Below, in pieces: positions 1-9,091 of a stretch of 64,000 nt of DNA. The stretch's first letter is position 1, and each line of letters opens with the position of its first letter. The notes beneath the pieces are model-generated. The model had not been told where the DNA came from. It searched no databases and saw only the letters and a program-made list of their open reading frames with translations. Source of the DNA: Blastocatellia bacterium (GTDB lineage Bacteria; Acidobacteriota; Blastocatellia; UBA7656); contig CAVXWP010000001.1 in assembly GCA_963765495.1 (NCBI GenBank), positions 1,184,001-1,248,000 of the forward strand. Direction: 5' to 3'. Position numbers and translations under genes: made by a program.

Positions 1-17
1 AGGTGGTCTGCTTGAAT

Positions 18-56
18 ATCACGCATCACGCATCACGTATCACTCTTCACGCATCA
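18..56. repeat. heptamer tandem repeat (ATCACGC)n
   Basis: atcacgc-atcacgc-atcacgt-atcactc-ttcacgc-atca; same type at 14378-14420. Confidence 0.85.
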
Positions 57-283
57 TTGCCCGTGAGTTCTTTCAGTAAATCTTCCACACGTTTCTTTTC
101 CGCATCGCGGCTTGTCTTGTCTGCCTCGAAGCGCATCAGAAAATGGTCGCCGCCGCGCGCGTCTTCGGGCAAATACTTCACCGGCAGGTTGAACTTTACG
201 CTGTCGTCGTCATAAAGCACAATGACCGCAAGATCATCTTCGATACGATCAATCACGATCTTCACACCTGTTTTGTCCTTCAT
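47..283 (-). CDS. DUF3006 family protein
   Basis: 78 aa with 'IVIDRIEDDLAVI...LPEDARGGD' pattern; overlaps the stop of the ComEC-like MBL gene, the usual partner of DUF3006. Confidence 0.75.
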   Translation of the reverse strand: MKDKTGVKIVIDRIEDDLAVIVLYDDDSVKFNLPVKYLPEDARGGDHFLMRFEADKTSRDAEKKRVEDLLKELTGNDA

Positions 284-1266
284 CGCGATCTCCTGCCGCT
301 GCTCTTGCTATTTGGTTCGCCCGCCACCTTACCCGCCACTTCATCGCCCGTCAAGTAAAGCCGGTCGCGCGCTACCTGCTTTTCTGTGCTCATCTCGATG
401 TTCTTGCCGTCACAGACGGCCGTTATCGTGCCTTCAAGATCGGTGCGATATACATCCGTGCTCTTCCGGCGCTGGTCGAGCATGCGTACGACCTTCGGAT
501 GTGGATGATGATAATCGTTTCCCACCGCGCAACTGATCGTTATTATGGACGGGTTGACGGCTGCGAGCACCTCCTCGGTTGTGCCGTTTGAACTGCCGTG
601 ATGCGCGGCCTTGAGCAAATCGGCCTGGAGTTTGCCTTTTTCTTCACCGATCATCTGTTTCCATGTCTCTTCTTCGGTGTCGCCTGTAAAGAGAAATCGC
701 TTGCCGCCAAAGGTCAGCCGTACAACCAGCGAGGCGTTATTAGGGTTGTCATCGGGCAAATCTTTCAGGTTCTTTGGAGGGTTTAGCACTTCAAGCATCA
801 CCTGCCCGATCTGGCGCGTGTCGCCTCGTCTGGGAGTTGAAAATTTTATCTTCTGATCCTTTATCGCCTGGAGCATATTGCCATAGGTTTTTGTTGAGTA
901 TGGAAAGCCGGAATCCCAGAACTCTTTAACCTTGAAGGCGCGCATTACGTCGTCCATCTCGCCTATGTGATCAGAATGCGGATGTGTGGCGATTATCAGA
1001 TCAATATCTTTTACACCGTATCTTTTCAGCAGGTCTACGGTTGGCGCGCCTCTGTCGCCTGAATCTATAAGGATCGTTTCGCCATCGGGCAATTGAATCA
1101 ACTCCGCATCGCCCTGACCTATATCGAGGAAGTGAATCGTGAGCTTTCCGGCAACGGGGCCGGGCACGGGTTTTGGCTCCTGTCGCTTCTGATAAAAATA
1201 GTAAGCGGCTCCAAGCGCAAGCAATAAGAGCACTACGACGGTCGAGGAACTGGAACGTTTTCTCAT
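280..1266 (-). CDS. ComEC/Rec2-like metallo-beta-lactamase-fold hydrolase, N-terminal membrane anchor
   Basis: Motifs 'HFLDIGQGDA', 'THPHSDHIG', 'NNASLV', 'FTGD', 'HHGS', 'YHHPH', 'YRTD'. Confidence 0.85.
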   Translation of the reverse strand: MRKRSSSSTVVVLLLLALGAAYYFYQKRQEPKPVPGPVAGKLTIHFLDIGQGDAELIQLPDGETILIDSGDRGAPTVDLLKRYGVKDIDLIIATHPHSDHIGEMDDVMRAFKVKEFWDSGFPYSTKTYGNMLQAIKDQKIKFSTPRRGDTRQIGQVMLEVLNPPKNLKDLPDDNPNNASLVVRLTFGGKRFLFTGDTEEETWKQMIGEEKGKLQADLLKAAHHGSSNGTTEEVLAAVNPSIITISCAVGNDYHHPHPKVVRMLDQRRKSTDVYRTDLEGTITAVCDGKNIEMSTEKQVARDRLYLTGDEVAGKVAGEPNSKSSGRRSR

Positions 1267-1281
1267 TATTTTTTTGAGGGG

Positions 1282-2715
1282 CTAGGTGCGCGGCCAGACG
1301 CTGTCCTGCGCGAGTGCGCCTTCTTCTCTTTCGGTCTTGGTCCGCGCGCCTGATGTCACTGGTATAGGGTAATTAGAGGTATAACACGCCGTGCAGTGAC
1401 GGTTGCCGAAAGGGTCTCCGCAAGCGCGCAGCATCCCTTCCAGGCTCAGATAGCCGAGGCTGTCGGCCCCGATGTAATGGGCTATCTCTTCGACCGACAG
1501 GTTGGCGGCTATAAGTTCTTCCCGCGTTGGCGTATCGACTCCGAAAAAGCAGGGCGCGATTGTCGGCGGGCAACTGATGCGGACGTGCACTTCGCGCGCG
1601 CCCGCCTGACGAACCATCTGCACGATCTTCTTTGAAGTTGTTCCGCGCACTATCGAATCGTCAATCAACACTACGCGCAGCCCTTCGATCAGATCGCGCA
1701 CGGGGTTGAGTTTTACCTTGACGCCGAAGTGGCGGATCGATTGTTTCGGCTCGATGAAGGTGCGCCCGACGTAGTGGTTGCGCATCAGCCCGAAACGAAA
1801 CTTCAGACCCGATTCCGACGCATAGCCGATGGCGGCGGCGGTTCCCGAATCAGGCACGGGGACGACTATGTCGGCGTCGGCCGGGTGCTCGCGGGCCAGT
1901 TGTTGCCCCATCTTGTGGCGGCTCTTGTTGACGGAGCGGCCAAAGACTATCGAATCGGGGCGCGAGAAATAGACGTGTTCAAATATGCAGTATGTCGGTT
2001 TTTCCTTTTGAAGCGGGAAAGACGAGTGAATCCCCTCGCGGTCGATTATGAGTATCTCGCCCGGTTGCACGTCGCGCAGATAGGTCGCATCGATCAGATC
2101 GAAGGCGCAGGTTTCCGACGCGATTACATAGGAATCGCCCAACTGACCCAGACACAGCGGGCGGAATCCGCGCGGGTCGCGCGCGGCTATGAGGCTGTCT
2201 TTTGTGAGAAAAAGCATCGAGTACGCGCCCTGTATCTCGGTGAAAGTGTCGACAATCGCGCCGGGAATATCGAGGGCGCGCGAGCGGGCAATCTTGTGCA
2301 ACACTACTTCGGTGTCTGAGGTCGAAGAGAAAATAGCGCCGTCCATTTCAAGCTCGGCGCGCACCTCGGTCGCGTAGGGCAGATTGCCGTTGTGGCAAAG
2401 CGCGATCTGTCCGCGATGTCCGTTTACGAGAAACGGCTGCGCTTCGAGCAACGAGACGCTTCCGGCAGTTGAATACCGAACGTGCCCGATGGTAGCGCGG
2501 CCCGGCAGGCGGGCGAACTGGTCTTCGCCGAATATTTCGCTTACGTGCCCCATGCCGCGAGCCGCCTGAAGGCGCTCTCCGTCGGATGAGACTATCCCTG
2601 CCGATTCCTGCCCGCGATGTTGCAGGGCGTAAAGGCCCAGGTAGGTAAGACGGGCGGCATCTTCGTGGTTGAAGATACCAAATACGCCACACTCATCTCG
2701 AAACTTATCCAGCAT
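1282..2715 (-). CDS. purF: amidophosphoribosyltransferase
   Basis: Propeptide 'MLDKFRDE-CGVFG', 'LQHRGQESAG', 'HVRYST', PRPP loop 'VLIDDSIVRGTT', C-terminal 'CTACY'; start moved to ATG 2715. Confidence 0.97.
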   Translation of the reverse strand: MLDKFRDECGVFGIFNHEDAARLTYLGLYALQHRGQESAGIVSSDGERLQAARGMGHVSEIFGEDQFARLPGRATIGHVRYSTAGSVSLLEAQPFLVNGHRGQIALCHNGNLPYATEVRAELEMDGAIFSSTSDTEVVLHKIARSRALDIPGAIVDTFTEIQGAYSMLFLTKDSLIAARDPRGFRPLCLGQLGDSYVIASETCAFDLIDATYLRDVQPGEILIIDREGIHSSFPLQKEKPTYCIFEHVYFSRPDSIVFGRSVNKSRHKMGQQLAREHPADADIVVPVPDSGTAAAIGYASESGLKFRFGLMRNHYVGRTFIEPKQSIRHFGVKVKLNPVRDLIEGLRVVLIDDSIVRGTTSKKIVQMVRQAGAREVHVRISCPPTIAPCFFGVDTPTREELIAANLSVEEIAHYIGADSLGYLSLEGMLRACGDPFGNRHCTACYTSNYPIPVTSGARTKTEREEGALAQDSVWPRT

Positions 2716-2841
2716 ATTGTGGTCTCCTGAGAGATCATTAATTTTAACCGGATCGGGGCCGACTGGCAATTACAAACCAATGTATTAATGCAATGCCGGG
2801 CCAGAACTTCAGGGCCAGTTGATTCTCAGGAAAAGCATAGG

Positions 2842-2904
2842 GCACTTTGAGGCTCTGCGAGAAATAGATTATCGCTAAGGCGCAAAGCCCTAAAGTGCGC
2901 AAAG
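2842..2904. repeat. palindromic CTTTGCG/CGCAAAG-type element (paralog at 30911-30988)
   Basis: Both copies share GCGAGAAATAGA and repeated GCAAAG units. Confidence 0.7.
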
Positions 2905-2948
2905 GTCTTGTATCGATCAAAGAGATTCTGTTGAGAGGGTGTTTGCGG

Positions 2949-5387
2949 TTACATCAATCTGAACTGTCCGGTTTCGGTTAGTTTGAATTCGCCTGATTGC
3001 GCGGGCATCGCTTTTCGCTTGTTTTTGTTCGAATACATGGAGCGGTCGGCGGCAAGCAGCAACTCGTCAAGCGTCGTTCCGTCTACGCCAAAACAGGCCC
3101 AGCCTACGCTGATGCCCACATAGATGTTGGTCCCGCCAAATGAGAAATCGTGTTTGTCTATGGCATTTTGAATGCGTCTCACAAGCTCGCTCACTTCCTC
3201 AGAGCCTACCTGTAGAATGGCAACAAATTCGTCCCCGGCATACCGGCTTATAAAATCCGAAGATCGAATCTGAGTGAGCAGAATCTGCGCGAGTTCTTTC
3301 AGCAGGGTGTCTCCGGCCTGATGGCCGAGGCGGTCGTTGACCGATTTGAAGCCGTCCAGATCCATCATCACAACCGAGAAAACATCGCGATGACGCACGG
3401 CCCGGTCCACTTCTTCTTCGAATTTGTGACGCAGGGCGCGCGCGTTTGGCAATCCCGTCAGAGAGTCTGTCAGCGCGCTCGTTTCGGTCCTCTCGTGGTG
3501 CACGGCATTGGCTATTGCGTCGGAAGCGAGCTTTGCTACGGCCTCTACAAGGCGCAGGTGGTCTCCGTCATAGGCGCTCAATTCGGCCGAATAAAGCGCA
3601 AGCGCCCCAAGCACTTCTCCGTCCCGCATCAACGGCACGACCGTGGCGGTCTGATATGTTTCAGCCACATCGGCCCTCATGGCGTCGAAATCCAGCACCG
3701 GGTCGCTATTGTGCATGGAATGAGCGTTGACCACGACCCATCCGGCAATGCCTGCTCCGGCGGGCATGCGTCTGCCTTTGAACCGATCCTGATTCCGCCC
3801 CGATACATGCGTCGCCTCGATCTCATCCGAATCCTGCTTTGTCAGGTATAGCACGCACGTCGTGTAGCTCACTATATCCTGTAGCCTGGAAGAGAAGACC
3901 GCGAACGTGTCGCGCAGGTCGAGACTCGTTCCAATGGTCTGCGCTATGTCATAGAGCGTTATTACCTCGCGGTGCGCATTGCGTATCTGCTCAAAGACGC
4001 CCGGGCTGTTGTCGAGAGGCGTTCTCTGGGCATGATTTCTGCTCTTCCGGGGGCCTGCTGACGGCAGTTCCACTCTTTGATTGCGTATATCGGCTTCGAA
4101 TTCTTCCAGATGTTCGAGAAAAGTAGTGACCACGTTCGGATCGAACATAGTCCCTTTCCCGGCCTGCAAAATTCCGAGGGCCTCTTCGCGAGTCATGGCC
4201 TTGCGGTACTGGCGGTCTTCGCGCACCGCGTCGAAGCAATCGGCCACGGTCAGTATCCTCGCAGTGATCGGTATCTGATCGCCACGGAGTCCGTCCGGGT
4301 AGCCGCGCCCATCCCACCTTTCGTGATGGTGGCGGACGACGGGTACCACCGGATAGGGAAACCCCACCCGCTCAAGTATTTCTGCGCCCACGATTGTGTG
4401 GACCTTCATCTTATCGAACTCGGCAGGCGTGAGCGGGCCGGGTTTGTTGAGAATGTAATCCGGCACGGCCAGTTTGCCTATGTCGTGAAGCAGCGCCCCG
4501 GCCTTGAGCGCTTCTATCTCAGGCTCGCTCAGCCCGAAGAGCCGGGCAAGCCCCGTGGCGTATATCTGCACTCTATGCACGTGATCGTGAGTCACTTCGT
4601 CTTTGGCGTCTATGGCGATTGCGAGCGCCTCTATAGTTCTCAAATGCAGATCGGCCATCTGCTCGACGTGAGTATTGGAGGACTCGACCTTGTCGAGATA
4701 TATCTTGTAGGTGAAGTAGGTGATGGTCACAATCGGGACCGAAATGATGAAGGCGTAAAAGGATATGACCGAGATGAGCTTGACTATGAGGCAGGCGGCA
4801 GCCGCGCCCGCGAAATAAGAGATCGAGGTCCACAGAAACGAATCTTTCCAGGTCTTTCCAACTCCCTGTCTGCGACGGAGAGCCATCACTATGCTGACTA
4901 TGCCCGAATTCAATATGAAGTGAATCAGGGCCAGCGTAGCGGCGGCCATAAACAGGGTATCGAGATCCGAGGCCGTGCTGATCGCATTGCCGTAGGCGAG
5001 CCTTGTCAATGTGCTCGAAGCAAACACCGACATGCTCATGACGGCCACATTGAACGGCAATACCCTTTGCTTGTTCTTGTAATGAAGTGAGCAGATGGCG
5101 GCATCAAACCCGGCCAAAAGTACCGAATGATGCGTTCCATACAGGAGGACGGATATAAAAATGAAAGCGTCTGTGATCGTCACCGTGCTCGTTGTTCTGG
5201 GAATGTCTATGTCTATGCGTGACACAAGCATCACAGTGACAAGGCTCAAAAGCACCCACTCGAAATTCAGAGGACTTGTGATTACCACAATCGTGGAATA
5301 GGCGAATAAGGACAATCCGATAACCGATACCGCTATGATAAAAAGCCGGGTTATTGAGCGGTCATGGTCGGTTAGGATATACCCCAT
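2949..5387 (-). CDS. membrane-anchored HD-GYP + GAF + GGDEF c-di-GMP turnover protein
   Basis: Several N-terminal TM helices, 'HDIGK', 'HHERWDGRGYPDG', central GAF-like region, 'DLDGFKSVND...RSSD...RYAGDEF'. Confidence 0.9.
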   Translation of the reverse strand: MGYILTDHDRSITRLFIIAVSVIGLSLFAYSTIVVITSPLNFEWVLLSLVTVMLVSRIDIDIPRTTSTVTITDAFIFISVLLYGTHHSVLLAGFDAAICSLHYKNKQRVLPFNVAVMSMSVFASSTLTRLAYGNAISTASDLDTLFMAAATLALIHFILNSGIVSIVMALRRRQGVGKTWKDSFLWTSISYFAGAAAACLIVKLISVISFYAFIISVPIVTITYFTYKIYLDKVESSNTHVEQMADLHLRTIEALAIAIDAKDEVTHDHVHRVQIYATGLARLFGLSEPEIEALKAGALLHDIGKLAVPDYILNKPGPLTPAEFDKMKVHTIVGAEILERVGFPYPVVPVVRHHHERWDGRGYPDGLRGDQIPITARILTVADCFDAVREDRQYRKAMTREEALGILQAGKGTMFDPNVVTTFLEHLEEFEADIRNQRVELPSAGPRKSRNHAQRTPLDNSPGVFEQIRNAHREVITLYDIAQTIGTSLDLRDTFAVFSSRLQDIVSYTTCVLYLTKQDSDEIEATHVSGRNQDRFKGRRMPAGAGIAGWVVVNAHSMHNSDPVLDFDAMRADVAETYQTATVVPLMRDGEVLGALALYSAELSAYDGDHLRLVEAVAKLASDAIANAVHHERTETSALTDSLTGLPNARALRHKFEEEVDRAVRHRDVFSVVMMDLDGFKSVNDRLGHQAGDTLLKELAQILLTQIRSSDFISRYAGDEFVAILQVGSEEVSELVRRIQNAIDKHDFSFGGTNIYVGISVGWACFGVDGTTLDELLLAADRSMYSNKNKRKAMPAQSGEFKLTETGQFRLM

Positions 5388-5756
5388 ATTCTTGCCTCTA
5401 CACGCAAATCGCCTAACTGGAAAAATCAGGTCTATTTGGCAAGAGCAACATGCATGCCATTAAAGCGGACAAAAAAAAGCGCTTATTACACGGGCTATTA
5501 GAGATACATAAGAAAAATGGCCTGTCGACCCCTGCGTCATGTTGCATCAATATGACCGAATTATTTCGGTCATATTGCCACAGTTCTATACACAAAGAAC
5601 GCCGGGTCGCGACCATCTCGCTTCACCCGCGATGCCTTTTTCAGTGTCGGGGTAATCAAACTCGCATCGGGTTTCCAGATCCAATAAGGAAGTTTAACCT
5701 GAACCGAGAATTGTTGACCGGGACGGATCGGGTGGTTATAAATCAATGTAGTAAGC

Positions 5757-7043
5757 ATGAAGACGTCGTCGGCCCCAGTTCTTGATCAGACCAGCGACGC
5801 GGCGGCTAAGAGAACCTCCGGTCACGCCGGTTTCCTCGACTATGCCGGCGTAGCCCTCGACTCTTTGCGCGCAAACGCGCTTCGGTCGTTTCTGACCCTG
5901 CTCGGCATCATAATCGGCATCACTTCGATCATAGCCGTAATATCGATTATTAAGGGTCTGGATCTTTACTGGAAACAGAAGGTCTCCAATTTTGGGCCAA
6001 ATGCCTTCGTGGTCACGCAGTATCCGATTACTACAAACCTCGACAAGTTTTTCGAGATGTTGCGCCGCAACCCTGAAATCTATGTGGAGGACGCCAATGC
6101 TATACGTGCCGCTTGCAGCAGTTGCGAACTGGTAGGGGTAGAGACACACAAGGCGGTAAATGTTCGCTACGGCAGGCGCACGGTCGAGCAGGTTGATCTG
6201 GACGGAATGACGCCCAACGTCATCGACATAGAGCCTTATGATGTCGAGATGGGGCGTAATATAGTGGATTGGGAAGATGAGCACTCGCGTTTTGTGACCT
6301 TTATCGGCTGGGAGATCGCTGAAAAGGTTTTTCCGGGCGAAGACCCTCTGGGCAAGTCCCTCAAGATCGAAGACCATCCGTTTACCGTAGTAGGCGTGGC
6401 CGAAAAGCGCGGCTCGGTGTTTGGGTATTCGCGCGATAATTTTGCGAAGATCCCGCTTTCGACATTTCAAAAGATATACGGCGCGCGCCGGTCGGTGAAC
6501 ATCTCGATAAAGGCCCGGGCCGACCAGATGCAGCAGGCTCAGGATCAGGCGCGGCTCGTTATGCGTTCGCGCCATCGAGTGGGTTATCACGAAGAAGATG
6601 ATTTCGGGTTGATAACTTCCGAAGGCGTAAACGAACTCTTCAACAACCTGACCAGAATCATCTTTTCGGTATCGCTTTTCGTAGTCGGGATATCGCTTGT
6701 GGTCGGCGGCATAGTGATAATGAACATAATGCTCGTGTCGGTCGTTGAGCGGACAAAGGAGATAGGGATTCGCAAGGCAGTGGGCGCGCGTCAGCAGGAT
6801 GTAGTAAATCAATTTCTGGTTGAGTCGGTCGTTTTGTGCTGCGCGGGCGGAGTCGGCGGAGTGATGATGGCTTACGGCATCTCGTGGTTGATAGCGCGGT
6901 TTACACCCCTGCCGTCGGCATTTCCTTTATGGGCACCCCTGCTGGCCTTTCTGCTCTCAACCATAATAGGAGTCTTTTTCGGGATATATCCGGCGCGGCG
7001 TGCCGGTCGCCTCGACCCGATTGAGGCGCTTCGCACAGAATGA
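5757..7043 (+). CDS. ABC transporter permease, MacB/FtsX family
   Basis: 'RSFLTLLGIIIG', 'VGGIVIMNIMLVSVVERTKEIGIRKAVGA', 'PARRAGRLDPIEALR'. Confidence 0.92.
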   Translation: MKTSSAPVLDQTSDAAAKRTSGHAGFLDYAGVALDSLRANALRSFLTLLGIIIGITSIIAVISIIKGLDLYWKQKVSNFGPNAFVVTQYPITTNLDKFFEMLRRNPEIYVEDANAIRAACSSCELVGVETHKAVNVRYGRRTVEQVDLDGMTPNVIDIEPYDVEMGRNIVDWEDEHSRFVTFIGWEIAEKVFPGEDPLGKSLKIEDHPFTVVGVAEKRGSVFGYSRDNFAKIPLSTFQKIYGARRSVNISIKARADQMQQAQDQARLVMRSRHRVGYHEEDDFGLITSEGVNELFNNLTRIIFSVSLFVVGISLVVGGIVIMNIMLVSVVERTKEIGIRKAVGARQQDVVNQFLVESVVLCCAGGVGGVMMAYGISWLIARFTPLPSAFPLWAPLLAFLLSTIIGVFFGIYPARRAGRLDPIEALRTE

Positions 7044-7048
7044 TTAGC

Positions 7049-7162
7049 GGGGGCCAGGGGCCGGGGGTCGGGGGACCAGTGATTCCTGGCAATAACTTTC
7101 AACCCGATCTAATACTACTTTAAAGTCTTTTACTGACCCCCGGCCCCTGGCCCCTGGCCCCC
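7049..7162. repeat. inverted heptamer arrays (GGGGCCA)n...(TGGCCCC)n
   Basis: Read directly; the same left arm recurs at 45159-45187. Confidence 0.85.
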
Positions 7163-7167
7163 AAGAT

Positions 7168-8436
7168 ATGAACATAACCGGCATCAGAGAGAATACGAGG
7201 CTTGCGCTCGAAACCCTGACGGCGCATAAATTCCGCGCGGCCCTGACTATTCTGGGTGTATTCATCGGCGTGCTTGTGATCGTGCTGATGGCGGCGGTCT
7301 TGAACGGTTTCCGCCAGACGGTGCTCGATCAGGCCGAAAGCTTTGGCACCCGCAATGTCTATCTGTGGCGCTATCCTTTTATTCAAACGGGGAGGCTTCC
7401 TGCGGAAGTCCTCAATCGTAAACCGCTTACGCTCGGAGACGCTCAGGCCATCGAGCAGGAAGTGGACGCCGCCGAATACATCTATGCCGGTTTGATCTAC
7501 GGCCTGCCGCCGCCCGGAGAGATGCCGCCCGCGCCGCCCGAGGCTCATTACCGCGACCGCGTTATGAGCCGCCCGCGCGTCATAGGGAATTTTCCCGTGG
7601 CCGAGCTTGTCATGAACGTGCCCGTAGGCGAGGGCCGGTATTTCAACGAAGTTGAGACCGAGCACCGCGCCTATGTTTGCGTTTTAGCCTTTAACGTGGT
7701 CGAGGCGCTCTTCCCTTATGAAGACCCTATAGGCAAGACGATCAATGTGGGCGGTCAGGATTTCGTAGTCATTGGAACGGTCAAAAAGCAAAAAGCAGGT
7801 CCGTTCGGCTCTGAAAATCAGGAGGACAACGACATATTCATCCCTTACTGGACGTTTCACAAGATGTACCCGGCCGTCGACGACCATTTTATTATCATCC
7901 GCATGCGCGAAGGCCGGATGAGCGAAGGGATAGATAAGATCGAGCAGGTTCTGCGCCGCCGCCGCAATGTGTCTCTTCACGCAGAAAATAATTTTGAGGT
8001 AGGCACTCCCGATTCTTTTATCTCCACATTTGATGACATAGTAAGCGCGGTCTTTGGGGTGATGATGATCATCTCTTCGATAGCCTTTATGGTGGGCGGC
8101 GTAGGCGTAATGAACATCATGCTTGTCGCAGTCACCGAGCGCACGCGTGAAATTGGGATAAGAAAAGCCGTGGGCGCTCGTCGCTCCGACATAATTCTGC
8201 AATTTCTGACCGAAGCCGTGACGCTGACCGGATTGGGTGGGATAGCCGGTCTGTTATCCGGCTGGTTTCTGGCCGTGACGGTTACGGCGCTTGTGCCTGA
8301 TCTGGCTATGACGATACCTGTCTGGGCTGCCGGTTTCGGATTTTTCGGCTCCGTTATGGTAGGCATCGTATTCGGACTATGGCCCGCAATGAAGGCGGCA
8401 CGACTCGACCCCATTGTCGCGCTCAGACACGAATGA
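7168..8436 (+). CDS. ABC transporter permease, MacB/FtsX family (second paralog)
   Basis: 'VGGVGVMNIMLVAVTERTREIGIRKAVGA', 'KAARLDPIVALRHE'. Confidence 0.92.
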   Translation: MNITGIRENTRLALETLTAHKFRAALTILGVFIGVLVIVLMAAVLNGFRQTVLDQAESFGTRNVYLWRYPFIQTGRLPAEVLNRKPLTLGDAQAIEQEVDAAEYIYAGLIYGLPPPGEMPPAPPEAHYRDRVMSRPRVIGNFPVAELVMNVPVGEGRYFNEVETEHRAYVCVLAFNVVEALFPYEDPIGKTINVGGQDFVVIGTVKKQKAGPFGSENQEDNDIFIPYWTFHKMYPAVDDHFIIIRMREGRMSEGIDKIEQVLRRRRNVSLHAENNFEVGTPDSFISTFDDIVSAVFGVMMIISSIAFMVGGVGVMNIMLVAVTERTREIGIRKAVGARRSDIILQFLTEAVTLTGLGGIAGLLSGWFLAVTVTALVPDLAMTIPVWAAGFGFFGSVMVGIVFGLWPAMKAARLDPIVALRHE

Positions 8437-8512
8437 AGATTTGAGATTTGAAAATTGAGATGCCTTGATCGGAATTCCCTTTAACTCAAAATTCAAAATT
8501 CAAAATTCAAAA
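8437..8512. repeat. inverted heptamer arrays (ATTTGAG)n...(TTCAAAA)n
   Basis: Between convergent permease and CBS genes; related (AAATCTC)n at 17809-17827. Confidence 0.8.
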
Positions 8513-8518
8513 CTGATT

Positions 8519-8959
8519 TCAGTAGGTGGGGAAGGCGTACTCTTTGTACAGGTCGGCGCGTTCTTTTTCCTCTTCGACGCTCATCGTGATGCAGTCGCGC
8601 ATCGAGACCATCCCCAGAAATTTTTCGTTCTCGTCTTCGACTATCAGATGGTAGACGCCTTTATCGTGCATGAGTTGCATGGCCTGACTGCACTGGGCGT
8701 CGGAGTCGATTTTGATCAGGTTTTCGCTTGCGATTGCCTGTACGTTCACCTCTGCCGGGCGATAGTTTTCGGCTACGACCTTATCGGATATATCGCTTTG
8801 AGAGAGGACGCCTACGATCTTGCCCGACAGGTTGTAAACACCTGCCGCCCGTATGCCCCGATCTTTCAGATAGCGCGCAGCTTCGGCCACCGTCATCTGA
8901 TTCGAGATGCTGTAAACCTCTTTTCTGTCTTTGATGATGTCGCTCACGGTTTTCGACAT
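8519..8959 (-). CDS. CBS domain pair protein
   Basis: 146 aa; 'TVAEAA...IVGVLSQSD' and 'AMQLM...HLIV...GMVSMRD' tandem CBS pattern. Confidence 0.85.
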   Translation of the reverse strand: MSKTVSDIIKDRKEVYSISNQMTVAEAARYLKDRGIRAAGVYNLSGKIVGVLSQSDISDKVVAENYRPAEVNVQAIASENLIKIDSDAQCSQAMQLMHDKGVYHLIVEDENEKFLGMVSMRDCITMSVEEEKERADLYKEYAFPTY

Positions 8960-9091
8960 AATGCCCTCCAGAAGGTTTATTATTCTCAGCGCGTTGACTG
9001 ATTCAGCTTACGGCAATAATAGCAGACAACAGCCTGGTTGTCGATAAACGGCATTAATCTCTCGATAAACGGGATGAATCAAGCCCGCGCG

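Noticed and set aside
5700-5716. Third MITE end (TGAACCGAGAATTGTTG, 15/17 match to the TIR)
   Set aside because: No partner TIR, internal homology or TSD found; could be chance or an old relic.
4077-6812. Long antisense ORFs (4077..5090 +, 5736..6812 -; also 28155..29168 -, 20968..21639 -, 43801..44454 -)
   Set aside because: Shadow frames opposite well-supported genes in GC-rich DNA, with no recognisable motifs.
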